Part shown: positions 19,880 to 28,940 of the stretch, piece by piece
Layout of the letters: every line of letters begins with the position of its first letter
Position numbering within the stretch: position 1 is the stretch's first letter
Source of the DNA: Candidatus Eiseniibacteriota bacterium
GTDB lineage: Bacteria > Eisenbacteria > RBG-16-71-46
Reading direction: 5' to 3'
Length of the DNA: 64,000 nt
Assembly (NCBI GenBank): GCA_963744995.1
Contig: CAVUWA010000004.1
Span: forward strand, 160,001-224,000
The notes under the pieces: model-generated
What the model was told of the DNA's origin: nothing
The model's database searches: none
What the model saw: the letters and a program-made list of their open reading frames with translations, nothing else
Made by a program: the position numbers and the translations under genes

Positions 19880-20668
19880 ATGTCGCAACTGAACATCTTC
19901 ATTGACGGCAGTTGGTTGTTCAAGCAGTGCGCCCCGGAGAAGACATTGGCCGCCCACACTGAGTGGCCCGACAAGGCTTTTGGGCTTGATTTCGAGAAAC
20001 TCAACACTGCCCTACTTAAGCACTCCGCCAATGCTAGGCCCCACTGCGACACCCTCGGCGAACGTTACCTAGCCACGTCGGTCTTCACCCTGCCTGACAA
20101 TTTCGATGAGTGGCCCGCAGAGTACGAGGACGTCACCGCGGAGGACATTGCCAGGACTCGGAAGAGCGTTCACGCGCGGGAGCGATTCGTAGCCGCAGCA
20201 GCTGATTGCGGATACTCCAGGGATGCTGTCTACAGGCCGAAAATGAAGGGATGGATTCTCAGGCGTCTCCGTGAAAGAACCTACGAAGAGAAGCAAGTGG
20301 ATGCCACCGTGGTGGCTCTTCTTGTGAGGTCCGCAATCACACGACCTGACGACTTCCACGTCGTGATCACCGGCGACGCGGACATCCTGCCAGCGATCAG
20401 GGTGGCCTACCCGGAATACTCCGAGAACGTGTTTATCGCGACGACGCACCCTGACGAGCTCAAGGCCGAACACAGGCAAACGTCGTTCTCATACTCCAAC
20501 CTAGACTTCAAGATCCCGCCGCTATACCTGCAGGATGAAGTCGCCACGGTCATGCGTGGTGAAAACGTGTACACCTGCATGCATTGCCACAAGGCGTTTG
20601 CGCGACTGAAGCCCATCCCTGCGAAGGCTCGACCGTGCTGCAAGCCCTGCGACGCACTGCGCACATAG
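19880..20668 (+). CDS. NYN (LabA/DUF88, PIN-like) ribonuclease with C-terminal Zn finger
   Basis: IFIDGSW, EKQVD, ITGDADILPAI; C-terminal CMHC...CCKPC; GGAG RBS. Confidence 0.8.
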   Translation: MSQLNIFIDGSWLFKQCAPEKTLAAHTEWPDKAFGLDFEKLNTALLKHSANARPHCDTLGERYLATSVFTLPDNFDEWPAEYEDVTAEDIARTRKSVHARERFVAAAADCGYSRDAVYRPKMKGWILRRLRERTYEEKQVDATVVALLVRSAITRPDDFHVVITGDADILPAIRVAYPEYSENVFIATTHPDELKAEHRQTSFSYSNLDFKIPPLYLQDEVATVMRGENVYTCMHCHKAFARLKPIPAKARPCCKPCDALRT

Positions 20669-20828
20669 GGCTGCACTCCCGCGCGCCCTTGGGACCCTGG
20701 GTCCGTAGGTGGGTTTGAGCACAGAAGAAGCACAATCGAGCCCGCCCCCGCAGCGCGCTCATGGTCTCTCGAGACAAGCGTCTCTGTCGAGACTGAATTG
20801 GTCGCGGGGACTAAGGGAGGAAGGAATC

Positions 20829-21179
20829 GTGGCAGCGGTGCGAGGCATGTCGCACGTTTTCATCAGAGTCAACGATGAGGACGACGATTCGGACTCCTTG
20901 CCTGCGAAGAGCACGACGCACTTCCCAGGCCGGCTCGAAATCTTACGTGAATGGGTAGTAACTCTCGATTCAGGAGAGAGGCATCACTTCAGCGATGAAC
21001 TTCACGGAGAAACCCCAGTTCATTGCACGACGTTTTTCGGTTCGCGTGCACACGTCCTGAGGTGCTGGCCCAGCACGAGACGAGTGATTCCTCCTGACAC
21101 TAGCCGGGTCATGGTTACGTTGGAGACCACCGACATCGACTGGGAGCCCGCGCGGGTCCTTCCGCGGTCATCGCATTGA
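20829..21179 (+). CDS. Hypothetical protein
   Basis: ORF with GGAGG upstream of GTG; no recognisable motif. Confidence 0.35.
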   Translation: MAAVRGMSHVFIRVNDEDDDSDSLPAKSTTHFPGRLEILREWVVTLDSGERHHFSDELHGETPVHCTTFFGSRAHVLRCWPSTRRVIPPDTSRVMVTLETTDIDWEPARVLPRSSH

Positions 21180-21250
21180 GGGTGACGGCGACCCCGACGT
21201 ATCGCTAGCGTGAGGAGTTCTGGGCAAGTTTCCACGGAGGGAGGTTTCCA
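21154..21250 (+). other. Putative lambda-like cos packaging site
   Basis: GGGTCCT (lambda cosQ) at 21154; GACGGCGGACCC at 21184-21195 resembling lambda cosN GGGCGGCGACCT; TCGCTA; GTTTCC at 21229 and 21244. Confidence 0.6.
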
Positions 21251-21689
21251 GTGGCCCAGGGAGTTGGCGCGCCGCGCACCAGCGGCCGGCTGAGCGGCGC
21301 CGAGGCCCGCAGGGCGGTTCGTGACGCGCTCGCGGTCGTAGCTGGTTCTGCGCAAAGAAGGATGCAGGACGCCAGGTGCGGGGGGAGCGGGCACGGCCCA
21401 CAGTTGCAGGATCTGGCACGTCCGAAGCAGCCCAGGAGTCGGAGGCCCGGGACCCCTCGCGGGACCGAGGGTACATCAGAATCGGTGCTGGCAAGGTCTC
21501 TGTCGTTAGTTCTTCGCGTTGAGGTAGCAGTAGATCGCCTTTAGCACGGCGCCTGGTAACGACTTGGTTCTCGGCAGGTTTCCACGGAAGGAGGTTTCCA
21601 GTGACCCAGGGAGTCAGTGCGCCGCGCGCCAGCGGCCGGCTGAGCGGCGCCGAGGCCCGCAGAGCGGTTCGCGATGCCCTCGCGGTCGT
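21218..21689 (+). repeat. ~122-bp imperfect direct repeat (21218-21339 and 21567-21689)
   Basis: Both copies contain GTTTCCACGG..GGAGGTTTCCAGTG and encode M(A/T)QGV(G/S)APR(T/A)SGRLSGAEARRAVRDALAVV. Confidence 0.9.
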
Positions 21690-23049
21690 CCCGGTCGTTC
21701 TAACGAAGATCGAGCTGTGGAAACCCGAGCGGTTGATTCCACTCGAGCGGAACCCGCGCACGCACTCCGACGCGCAGATCGCCGAGATCGCGGCGAGCAT
21801 GCGGGAGTTCGGCTTCCTGTGGCCGATTATGGTGAACGGTAGGACGCGCCGCATCGTGGCCGGCAACGGCCGGTACGCGGCCGCTCTGCAGCTCGGGCTC
21901 TCGGTGGTCCCGGTGGTCGAGGAGCGCCACCTCACGCCGATCCAGCGGCGCGCGTTCATCATTGCCGACAACAAGATCGCGTTGAACGCCGGCTGGGCGA
22001 GCGACATCCTGGCTGAGGAGCTGCCCGCGCTCCGTGACGCCGGCATCGACCTCGGGCTGACGGGGTTCAGCGACGAGGAGCTCGAGGCGATCCTCGAGAG
22101 CGTGAATGGGCCCGCGGTCCTCGAGGAGCCACCGATCCCGGATCCGCCGCTGGTGCCGGTCTCGCGGCGCGGGGATCTGTGGCACCTCGGGAATCATCGG
22201 GTGCTCTGCGGGGACGCGACGAGCTCCTCCGACCTCGAAGCAGTCATGGACGGCACGCAGGCGCACGCGGTCTGGACCGATCCCCCGTACAACGTCGCCT
22301 ACGAGGGCTCTGCCGGTTCGATCCAGAATGACGCGCTGTCCGACCAGGAGTTCGCAACGTTCCTGGGAGCGGCGTTCACGGCGCTGATCGCGGTGATGCG
22401 GCCGGGGGCGCCGATCTACGTGGCGCACTCCGATACGGGCGGCTACACGTTCCGGCGCTGCTTCCTCGAGGCCGGCTTCAAGCTGTCCTCGTGCTTGATC
22501 TGGCGCAAGAACTCGCTGGTGCTCTCGCGCGGTGACTACCACTGGCAGCACGAGCCAATCCTCTACGGCTGGAAGCCGGGTGCGGCGCACGGGTGGTTCG
22601 GGGCGCGGGACAAGACGACGATCGTCGAATTCGATGAGCCGCCGTTCCAGCAGGTCGGCGACCGTGAGTGGCAGATCGCGCTGGGGGAGACCACGCTGAT
22701 CGTGCGGGGCGAAAACCTCACCGTGGAGCCGGCGCACGGCACGGTGTTCTACGAGAACAAGCCGACGGTGAGCGCCGAGCACCCGACGATGAAGCCGGTA
22801 GCGTTGATCGCGCGGATGCTCGCGAACTCGGCACGGCGGGGGAGCGTGGTGCTGGACCCCTTCGGCGGCTCGGGCTCGACCCTGATGGCGTGCGAGGCGC
22901 TCGGGCTCAGGGCCCGCCTGGTCGAGCTGGATCCGCGGTTTGCGGACGTGATCGTGTGGCGCTGGCAGGAGGCTACGGGCGGGATTGCCACGCTCGCCGG
23001 CAAGCAGCCCTTCGCGTCGGTCGCGGCCGAGCGAGGAGTGGGGAACTGA
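21601..23049 (+). CDS. Phage-type ParB/Srx + N4/N6 DNA methyltransferase fusion
   Basis: NPRTHSDAQIAEIAASMREFGF, IVAGNGR, IADNK; TDPPYNV; HPTMKPV; LDPFGGSGST. Confidence 0.92.
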   Translation: MTQGVSAPRASGRLSGAEARRAVRDALAVVPVVLTKIELWKPERLIPLERNPRTHSDAQIAEIAASMREFGFLWPIMVNGRTRRIVAGNGRYAAALQLGLSVVPVVEERHLTPIQRRAFIIADNKIALNAGWASDILAEELPALRDAGIDLGLTGFSDEELEAILESVNGPAVLEEPPIPDPPLVPVSRRGDLWHLGNHRVLCGDATSSSDLEAVMDGTQAHAVWTDPPYNVAYEGSAGSIQNDALSDQEFATFLGAAFTALIAVMRPGAPIYVAHSDTGGYTFRRCFLEAGFKLSSCLIWRKNSLVLSRGDYHWQHEPILYGWKPGAAHGWFGARDKTTIVEFDEPPFQQVGDREWQIALGETTLIVRGENLTVEPAHGTVFYENKPTVSAEHPTMKPVALIARMLANSARRGSVVLDPFGGSGSTLMACEALGLRARLVELDPRFADVIVWRWQEATGGIATLAGKQPFASVAAERGVGN

Positions 23050-23450
23050 TGATGGCGGCCGAGAAGCGGGCCCGGAGCGCGCAGCTCAAGGCCGCGCGCG
23101 AGCTCAAGCGGCGGGTCGAGGCCGTCTGCCTCGCGGTGCGCATCGAGCAAGGGCAGGCCCGGTCGAGCCGACCTCGCGCGCCGCGGGCCCAGGCCACCCG
23201 TGAGCGCGTGCTCCGGTGGCGAAGCCAGCGTCCCGAGGGGCCGCGAGCGCACAAGCTCGTTTGCGCCGCGCTGCGTGCGGGCAGACTCTCGAAGCCGGAG
23301 CGGTGCGAAGGATGCGGGCGCGGCGGGCTCCGGCTCCACGCGCATCACCCGGATTACCGGCAGCCCTTGAGGGTCCAGTGGCTCTGCTGCTCCTGCCATC
23401 GCCAAGAGCACCGCCGGCTGGCCGCCGAGACCCGCGGGGCAGGTGCGTAG
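23049..23450 (+). CDS. HNH-like Zn-binding phage protein
   Basis: CEGC...HAHHPDY...VQWLCCSCH; ATG overlaps the methylase stop. Confidence 0.75.
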   Translation: MMAAEKRARSAQLKAARELKRRVEAVCLAVRIEQGQARSSRPRAPRAQATRERVLRWRSQRPEGPRAHKLVCAALRAGRLSKPERCEGCGRGGLRLHAHHPDYRQPLRVQWLCCSCHRQEHRRLAAETRGAGA

Positions 23451-23451
23451 C

Positions 23452-24042
23452 GTGGCGTCACTGAGCCAGCGGGCCTACGCGCGGCACCGGGGCGTCTCGC
23501 ACACGGCGGTGCGTAAGGCGCTCGCCACGGGGCGGATCGTGACCGGCGAGGACGGGAAGATCGACGCCGCGGTCGCGGATGCTCAGTGGGAACGATCGAC
23601 CGACATGTCCAAGCCGCGCAACTCGGTCACCGGCGTGCCCAAGAAGCGGCGCGCCACGGGCGCACCGTCCGATCCTCCTGGGATCCCTGATTCTGGAGCT
23701 GGGGAGGTGCCGAACGGGGCAGCCACGGGCAACACGGCGCGCCTGGCGGCGAGCTACGCGGGCTCCCGGGCGGCGCGGGAAGCCTACATGGCGCGGCTCG
23801 CGAAGCTCGAGTTCGAGCGGCGGTCCGGGAAGCTCGTGGACGCGGACGAGGTGCGTGCCCAGATCTTCGCCCTCGGGCGGCGTGCGCGCGACGGCCTGCT
23901 CGGGGTCCCCGACCGGCTCGCTCCGATCCTCGCGGGGGAAGCCGACGCGGCGGTGATCCACCGGCTGCTGACGGAGGAGCTGGAACGCGGGCTGGCGGAA
24001 CTTTCAACGGCGCCGCCGCTCAAAGCCGGCGCGAGGGGGTAG
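23452..24042 (+). CDS. terS: Terminase small subunit (Nu1-like)
   Basis: N-terminal wHTH (SQRAYARHRGVSHTAVRKA...GRI), ARLAKLEFERRSGKLVD, PDRLAPILA; position upstream of terL. Confidence 0.8.
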   Translation: MASLSQRAYARHRGVSHTAVRKALATGRIVTGEDGKIDAAVADAQWERSTDMSKPRNSVTGVPKKRRATGAPSDPPGIPDSGAGEVPNGAATGNTARLAASYAGSRAAREAYMARLAKLEFERRSGKLVDADEVRAQIFALGRRARDGLLGVPDRLAPILAGEADAAVIHRLLTEELERGLAELSTAPPLKAGARG

Positions 24043-24262
24043 ACAGACATGTAAGCCCGCTTGTTCACGACGGCTCTGGTTTGTCGGGCCCAGCGGGAAC
24101 AGACGCGGCGAGGGAGCGGACGCCCGAAGGCAAGCAACAGCCGGTCCTGAGGCCATTAGTAGTAGGTGGCTCAATGATAGACTTACGCTCTTTTCCCGCA
24201 AAAGCTCGACCGCCCCAAGGAGTTACGTCCTTGCTTCCATGCCTTGGCCGCCGAGCATCGAG

Positions 24263-24289
24263 TGATCGAGGATTGAAAGAAATCTATCA
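24263..24289. repeat. 27-bp dyad site, copy 1 (divergent core)
   Basis: TGATCG-aggattgaaagaaat-CTATCA; the next ~35 bp resemble those after copy 2. Confidence 0.65.
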
Positions 24290-24578
24290 TTCGAGGTGGG
24301 GCGGTCAAGCTCGGGTTGTCCACATGGGCCCAACGCGCGGCACCTTTGGATCATGTGCGGGGAAGGGTGAGCCGAGGCCAATCGCCCAGGGCGGAGGTGA
24401 AACGTTGGGCTTTTCCCGCTTTGGTGTAGGCGGGACAGGTGGCCGCGACAGCGTAGGGGCAGGCTGATAGATTCCGCCCGGGCCCGAGCGGGTGGAGGCG
24501 GATCTGAAGGTCGGCGAGGTTCATGATCGCAGGTCGGAAAGTGACCGCGTCGCACCAGGCCCGAATCGGGGGGAAAGC

Positions 24579-25208
24579 ATGAGCCGCTGCAGAATCATCC
24601 GCGCCGTTCAATTTGCGATCGTCATCGTGTCGCTCACCGGCGGCCGCGCTGCACGCGCCGAGGTCGCGCTCGGTGCATCGTTCGGTTACACGCACCTGTC
24701 CTATCCCGACACTCCGCGCTTCAACAACGACGTCGTCGGACTTCCGGGTACGGGGGAGTGGGGACAGCCGGGGATCCGCGTTGGATATCTCGCGCCGAGT
24801 GGTCGCTGGGACCTGAACGCCGATGTCGGTCTCGTGCACGTGCAACGATCCGGCACCAGCACCGACGAGACGACGGTCGAGGTGCTACCGCAGATCCAGG
24901 CGAACGCGCGCGGCCGGGGCGGGTTCAGCCCGTTCGTGAACGGCGGCGTGGGCTTCGTGCACGAGACCGTACTCACCGCGTACGGCAGCTCGATCTCCAC
25001 GACGCGCCCCGTGTTCGGCGCTGGCATCGGCGTGCGAAGGTCGGTGAGCGACGGCCATGGACTCGTCCGGGTTGAACTGCGCTACGACCACCTGCCCGAG
25101 CGCGTAACGGAGCTGACCCCCTCCGACAGCTTCACCTTCCTGGCGACCAACATGTTCTCGGTCAAGTTCGGCTTTGACCTGCTCGTGGCCATTGACAAGG
25201 GCCGTTGA
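24579..25208 (+). CDS. Outer-membrane beta-barrel protein
   Basis: Signal peptide; alternating amphipathic strands (SPFVNGGVG, FGAGIGVR, VRVELRY, SVKFGFDL). Confidence 0.75.
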   Translation: MSRCRIIRAVQFAIVIVSLTGGRAARAEVALGASFGYTHLSYPDTPRFNNDVVGLPGTGEWGQPGIRVGYLAPSGRWDLNADVGLVHVQRSGTSTDETTVEVLPQIQANARGRGGFSPFVNGGVGFVHETVLTAYGSSISTTRPVFGAGIGVRRSVSDGHGLVRVELRYDHLPERVTELTPSDSFTFLATNMFSVKFGFDLLVAIDKGR

Positions 25209-25290
25209 AGGGAATCGAAGAGTCTCGAGTCCGCAACGCGTGGCCTCGGTCGCATGGCAGAACTGAGTCGCCTGTTTGGAAGCACCTCGG

Positions 25291-26301
25291 CTACGGCGCC
25301 GCCGGAGGTGACGGTGCCGTCAGGCGAAGCACTGAGCCCGGTCCTTGCAGCACCTCGTTCAATTGGTTGACGGTGGCGGGCTGGCGCCAACCGGTACCGT
25401 CGTAGAGCAGGATCACTTCTTGGCCGACGGCAAATACGTTGTACTTCGAGGTTCCCCAAATGCCATATAGATGCTTCGTGGTGCCGCTCGCCTGGGGGCT
25501 CCAGCGCACGCCGTCGTAGTGCAGGATGGTGCCTTGGACGCCGACCGCGAACACGTCATTCGGTGAACTGCCCCAAACCCCAAACAGGTTGTTCGTGGTG
25601 CCGCTCGCCTGGGGGCTCCAGCGCACGCCGTCGTAGTGCGTGATGCTACTGCCGCCGACCGCGAACACGTCCTGGCTCGAGCTGCCCCACAGGGCGAGCG
25701 ATAGCGCGCCCGTGTACTGACGGGTCCAGCGAGCACCGTCGTAGTGGAGGATCGAGTCTTGAGCGCCGGCGACGAACACGTCCTGCGCGGAGCTTCCCCA
25801 AATACCATCCAGCCACTCGCCCCGACCCGTCGAAAGGGCGCTCCACGTATTGCCGTCGTAGTGTAGGATCGTTCCTTGGCGCCCCACCGCGTACACATCA
25901 CTTCCTGAGCTTCCCCAGACGGACTGAAGTGCCGCCGGAGCGGAGGCCACCGTCCTCCAGGCGCGACCATCGAAATGAAGGACCTCGCCGGTGCGCCCTC
26001 CGTCGCCGCTGCTCCACACGACATACACGTTGTTTCTCGATGCCGCCCAGACGCCGTTCAGGAACCCTCTCGTGCGACTATGCTCGAACGTCCAGCTTCG
26101 GCCGTCGTAGTGCAAGATCGTTTCGGATCCGACCGCGTAGACGTCGTTTGCGGAGGAGCCACCCACGGCATCGAACCATGGTGTCCAGCTCCTCCGGGAT
26201 GAAGAGTCGCTGCACGCGGCCAACAGCATCAGGGAACCCGCGACCGCAGCCAGGCAGGTCCAACGAGCGAATGATCTCTCAGAGGATCGCACCATCGGCA
26301 T
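25291..26301 (-). CDS. Lipoprotein with WGSS-repeat beta-propeller
   Basis: Lipobox LAAC; ~7 repeats of WGSSxxDVFAVG..GTILHYDG..W. Confidence 0.85.
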   Translation of the reverse strand: MPMVRSSERSFARWTCLAAVAGSLMLLAACSDSSSRRSWTPWFDAVGGSSANDVYAVGSETILHYDGRSWTFEHSRTRGFLNGVWAASRNNVYVVWSSGDGGRTGEVLHFDGRAWRTVASAPAALQSVWGSSGSDVYAVGRQGTILHYDGNTWSALSTGRGEWLDGIWGSSAQDVFVAGAQDSILHYDGARWTRQYTGALSLALWGSSSQDVFAVGGSSITHYDGVRWSPQASGTTNNLFGVWGSSPNDVFAVGVQGTILHYDGVRWSPQASGTTKHLYGIWGTSKYNVFAVGQEVILLYDGTGWRQPATVNQLNEVLQGPGSVLRLTAPSPPAAP

Positions 26302-26486
26302 GGCAAACCTCGCTACGTCCGAAGCACCGCAGGGGCGCGCGCACTTCCAACTCGATGGGTGAGCTTACACCAGGGCTCTACGGACGGCACGGGCCTTTCA
26401 GGCCCGTCTAGGCTCGACGATCCGAGCGAGCAGGTGTGGGGAACGGGCCATGAAATCACCCACGCGACTCCCGGAAGAGCCGTGGA

Positions 26487-26513
26487 TGATAGGGTCTTGC
26501 ATAGACCCGATCG
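26487..26513. repeat. 27-bp dyad site, copy 2
   Basis: TGATAGGGTCTTGCATAGACCCGATCG. Confidence 0.85.
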
Positions 26514-26632
26514 TTCGAGGGGGCTCGGTCAATCTCGGTTGTCCACAGGCGGCAGAACCGGAGGCCAAGTCACCGAGGTTGCCGCTTGCGGTCGCGACAG
26601 CCCGGCCAGGAGCCCGCTACTAAGGAGGCGGC

Positions 26633-27058
26633 GTGCACGCTAAGTCGCAAGGTAGATGGGGAGCAAAGCTCCTCTTTCAGTGGCGCGTGAACCGAAATGG
26701 CCGCGCACTGAAACGAAGGCTCTGTGAGGAGCGGATCATCGTCTTCAGATCAGGGTCACCGAAGGCCGCATTCCATCACGCGGAGCGAGTTGGCAAACGC
26801 GGTGTGTTCAAGTATCAGCCCGCCCCCGGTGCTGAGGTGTTCTTCGAGTTCGTCGGCGTGCTCGACCTTTTGGATCTCGGCGCCGAATGTGGACCTGAGG
26901 AGGTGTGGTACGAGATCAGAGAGCGGGTGCGCCCAATGGAGCGCCGCAGACAACTGATCCCGTCACGTGCGAGATTGCTGCGCGGGCCCCGAGGAACCCA
27001 CGGAAACCGGCTAGTCGGGTCCCTGATCGGCGGCGGGCGACGCAAGCCCACTGAGTGA
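26633..27058 (+). CDS. DUF4288-like protein
   Basis: TAAGGAGG RBS; WGAKLLF...LCEERIIVF...FEFVGVLDL...EVW; the stop codon is the TGA of dyad copy 3. Confidence 0.7.
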   Translation: MHAKSQGRWGAKLLFQWRVNRNGRALKRRLCEERIIVFRSGSPKAAFHHAERVGKRGVFKYQPAPGAEVFFEFVGVLDLLDLGAECGPEEVWYEIRERVRPMERRRQLIPSRARLLRGPRGTHGNRLVGSLIGGGRRKPTE

Positions 27059-27082
27059 TAGCCTTTTGCATAGACTCAATCA
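27056..27082. repeat. 27-bp dyad site, copy 3
   Basis: TGATAGCCTTTTGCATAGACTCAATCA. Confidence 0.9.
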
Positions 27083-27455
27083 TCCCCGCTGAACCCCTCC
27101 GGCACCGCACATCTTGCTGGGTCTGGAGGGCAAGAGACCGATGAAACGTCGCCAGCGCGGTCTCAGGGACTCCATGCTCTCGCAGGAAGGGCCTCGCCAC
27201 CGCGATTGTGTCGGGCCAGCGCAACCAGGTCGACGAACACCACGAAGCCTTTGCGCTCGACGTCGGGCAGCCGGAACTCCGCGCCGGCGGGATTCTGGCG
27301 CGGGTCGTAACGAAACCCGGCCATGCGCCCGCTCCGAAACCCGAGACCCTATCCGCTCGTGTTCCCGTCGATATCGCCAGCGCGGTCGGTCACGTGCCCC
27401 GCCCGCCAGGTAAACCTGTTCGCGAAAACGATATCCACCAAATAGAATCGCCCGC

Positions 27456-28208
27456 ATGAACCACCGAAGAAGTGCAATGCTCAAGACCGTGCAGGCTGTC
27501 CTTGCATTGTCTCTGATGGTTGCGATGCCGAGAGTGGTCATCGCGGGGCTATCCCGGCCTCGAGTCCCGATAGAGGTCGAGTGGCAGCCGGGCGTCCTGC
27601 CATCCGCGCTGGGGGGCCACGAGTTCGACAGCGGCTTGCTGGCCGGGCTACGAGAAGCGCAACTCACGGTTCAGAGTGCCCACGGCGCGAGCCGTACCAT
27701 CGCCAACGCCTTCTACCTCACATCCGAACGACCTGCCGCGAAGCCACTGCACGTCCGGGTGAGGATCAGATTCGACGGTCGGGCGATCTACGACTACCCC
27801 CCCGGCTCGTCCCCTGATGCGATTCAGGGAGCAGACCACTGGCTCGTGCACGTCGCCGTGCCTTTCCGGGCCCTACGGCTGGCACCGGGCGCATGGCAGC
27901 GGATGAGCTTCTGGGCTCGATCAGACCGTCCGGAGTACCACGAGAACATGGGACGCGTGATCGCCCTCTCTGTACTTGAAGCCCTGAACCGCGAGACAGG
28001 GAGGATCAGGCGCGACGAGCAGCTTCTTCTCGGTCCCGATATCACGCGAGACCCGAAGTACTCCGAAGGAGGTAGTGACCCGCGGCCGGGCCTCCGAAGT
28101 AGCATCGCGCTGGCGACCCCGATGGTGCTGATGTGGGGGACAGCGCTGTTGATCGCTATCGTTGTGGTGCGCTTCGTGCATATGCTCCGGCGGCGCCGTG
28201 GGCAATAA
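27456..28208 (+). CDS. Hypothetical exported, membrane-anchored protein
   Basis: N-terminal signal-like helix; C-terminal TM helix followed by RRRR. Confidence 0.6.
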   Translation: MNHRRSAMLKTVQAVLALSLMVAMPRVVIAGLSRPRVPIEVEWQPGVLPSALGGHEFDSGLLAGLREAQLTVQSAHGASRTIANAFYLTSERPAAKPLHVRVRIRFDGRAIYDYPPGSSPDAIQGADHWLVHVAVPFRALRLAPGAWQRMSFWARSDRPEYHENMGRVIALSVLEALNRETGRIRRDEQLLLGPDITRDPKYSEGGSDPRPGLRSSIALATPMVLMWGTALLIAIVVVRFVHMLRRRRGQ

Positions 28209-28325
28209 TCTGGGGAGGCCGATTGCGACCGGAAGCCAGTGCGCCTCCGCCGCGGGATTTGCTCCGGGTCGATACTGCGCACAAGTCTGCCCAGAGCCCC
28301 CACGGTGGCCGGCCGGGGAGGGCCC

Positions 28326-28442
28326 ATGTGGACACGTCAGCCGCAGTACTGGAATCTCGCCCTGAACCAGTTCGCGATCATGTTCGAAGGACGACTGCCC
28401 GCGTGACCGGGAGCGCACTTACACAGAAATCTGTACAGGCCC
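28326..28442 (+). mobile_element. IS256-family remnant (transposase C-terminus plus right terminal repeat)
   Basis: Translates to WTRQPQYWNLALNQFAIMFEGRLPA*, followed by TTACACAGAAATCTGTACAGGCCC, a typical IS256 end. Confidence 0.8.
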
Positions 28443-28502
28443 GACGGCCGCGTGGCTTACCCTTCACGAGGGTACTCCAGCTCCCCCACGGAGACATATG
28501 CG

Positions 28503-28940
28503 ATGTCGCGATTCGAATCGTCTCAGGCGGCCGCGCTCTCGCTTGCCGCACTCCTCGTCCTGGCCACGCTCAGTGGGTGCGAGACGCGTCAGCGCGGTTC
28601 CGTCTTTCAGCCGTTCCTCAACAACCACGCTCCCGTGATCGACGGCCTCGCGGCATATCCGGACACGGTCGGGCCCTCCGACTCGACCGTCGTTGTCTGC
28701 ACCGCCCACGACGTCGACGGCGATAGGCTCGTCTACGACTGGCAGACAGACGCCCGCCTCAACATCCAAGGCACTCCCGTCTGGAACAAGTATCTGAACA
28801 ACACCCGATCGAATTCCCATGTCTTCTACAACGCCAATCTGACCAATCCGATCAATGACTCCGCTTGGGTCTACTGCGAAGTTCGCGATTCCCTAGGAGG
28901 TGGAGCCGGCCGCCGTGTCTTCATCACTCTGCGCCCGTAA
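28503..28940 (+). CDS. Lipoprotein with Ig/PKD-like domain
   Basis: Lipobox LSGC; NHAPVI...AHDVDGDRLVYDW...EVRDSLGG. Confidence 0.7.
   Translation: MSRFESSQAAALSLAALLVLATLSGCETRQRGSVFQPFLNNHAPVIDGLAAYPDTVGPSDSTVVVCTAHDVDGDRLVYDWQTDARLNIQGTPVWNKYLNNTRSNSHVFYNANLTNPINDSAWVYCEVRDSLGGGAGRRVFITLRP

Noticed and set aside
24175..24480. Isolated TGATAG half-sites near 24175 and 24466
   Set aside because: No partner arm 15 bp downstream and no TTGCATA core.
21418..26327. Shared ACGTCCGAAGCA near 21418 and 26315
   Set aside because: A 12-bp match with weak flanks; could be chance.
26365..26390. TTACACCAGGGCTCTACGGACGGCAC as a second IS256-like end
   Set aside because: Only a loose resemblance and no adjacent transposase remnant.
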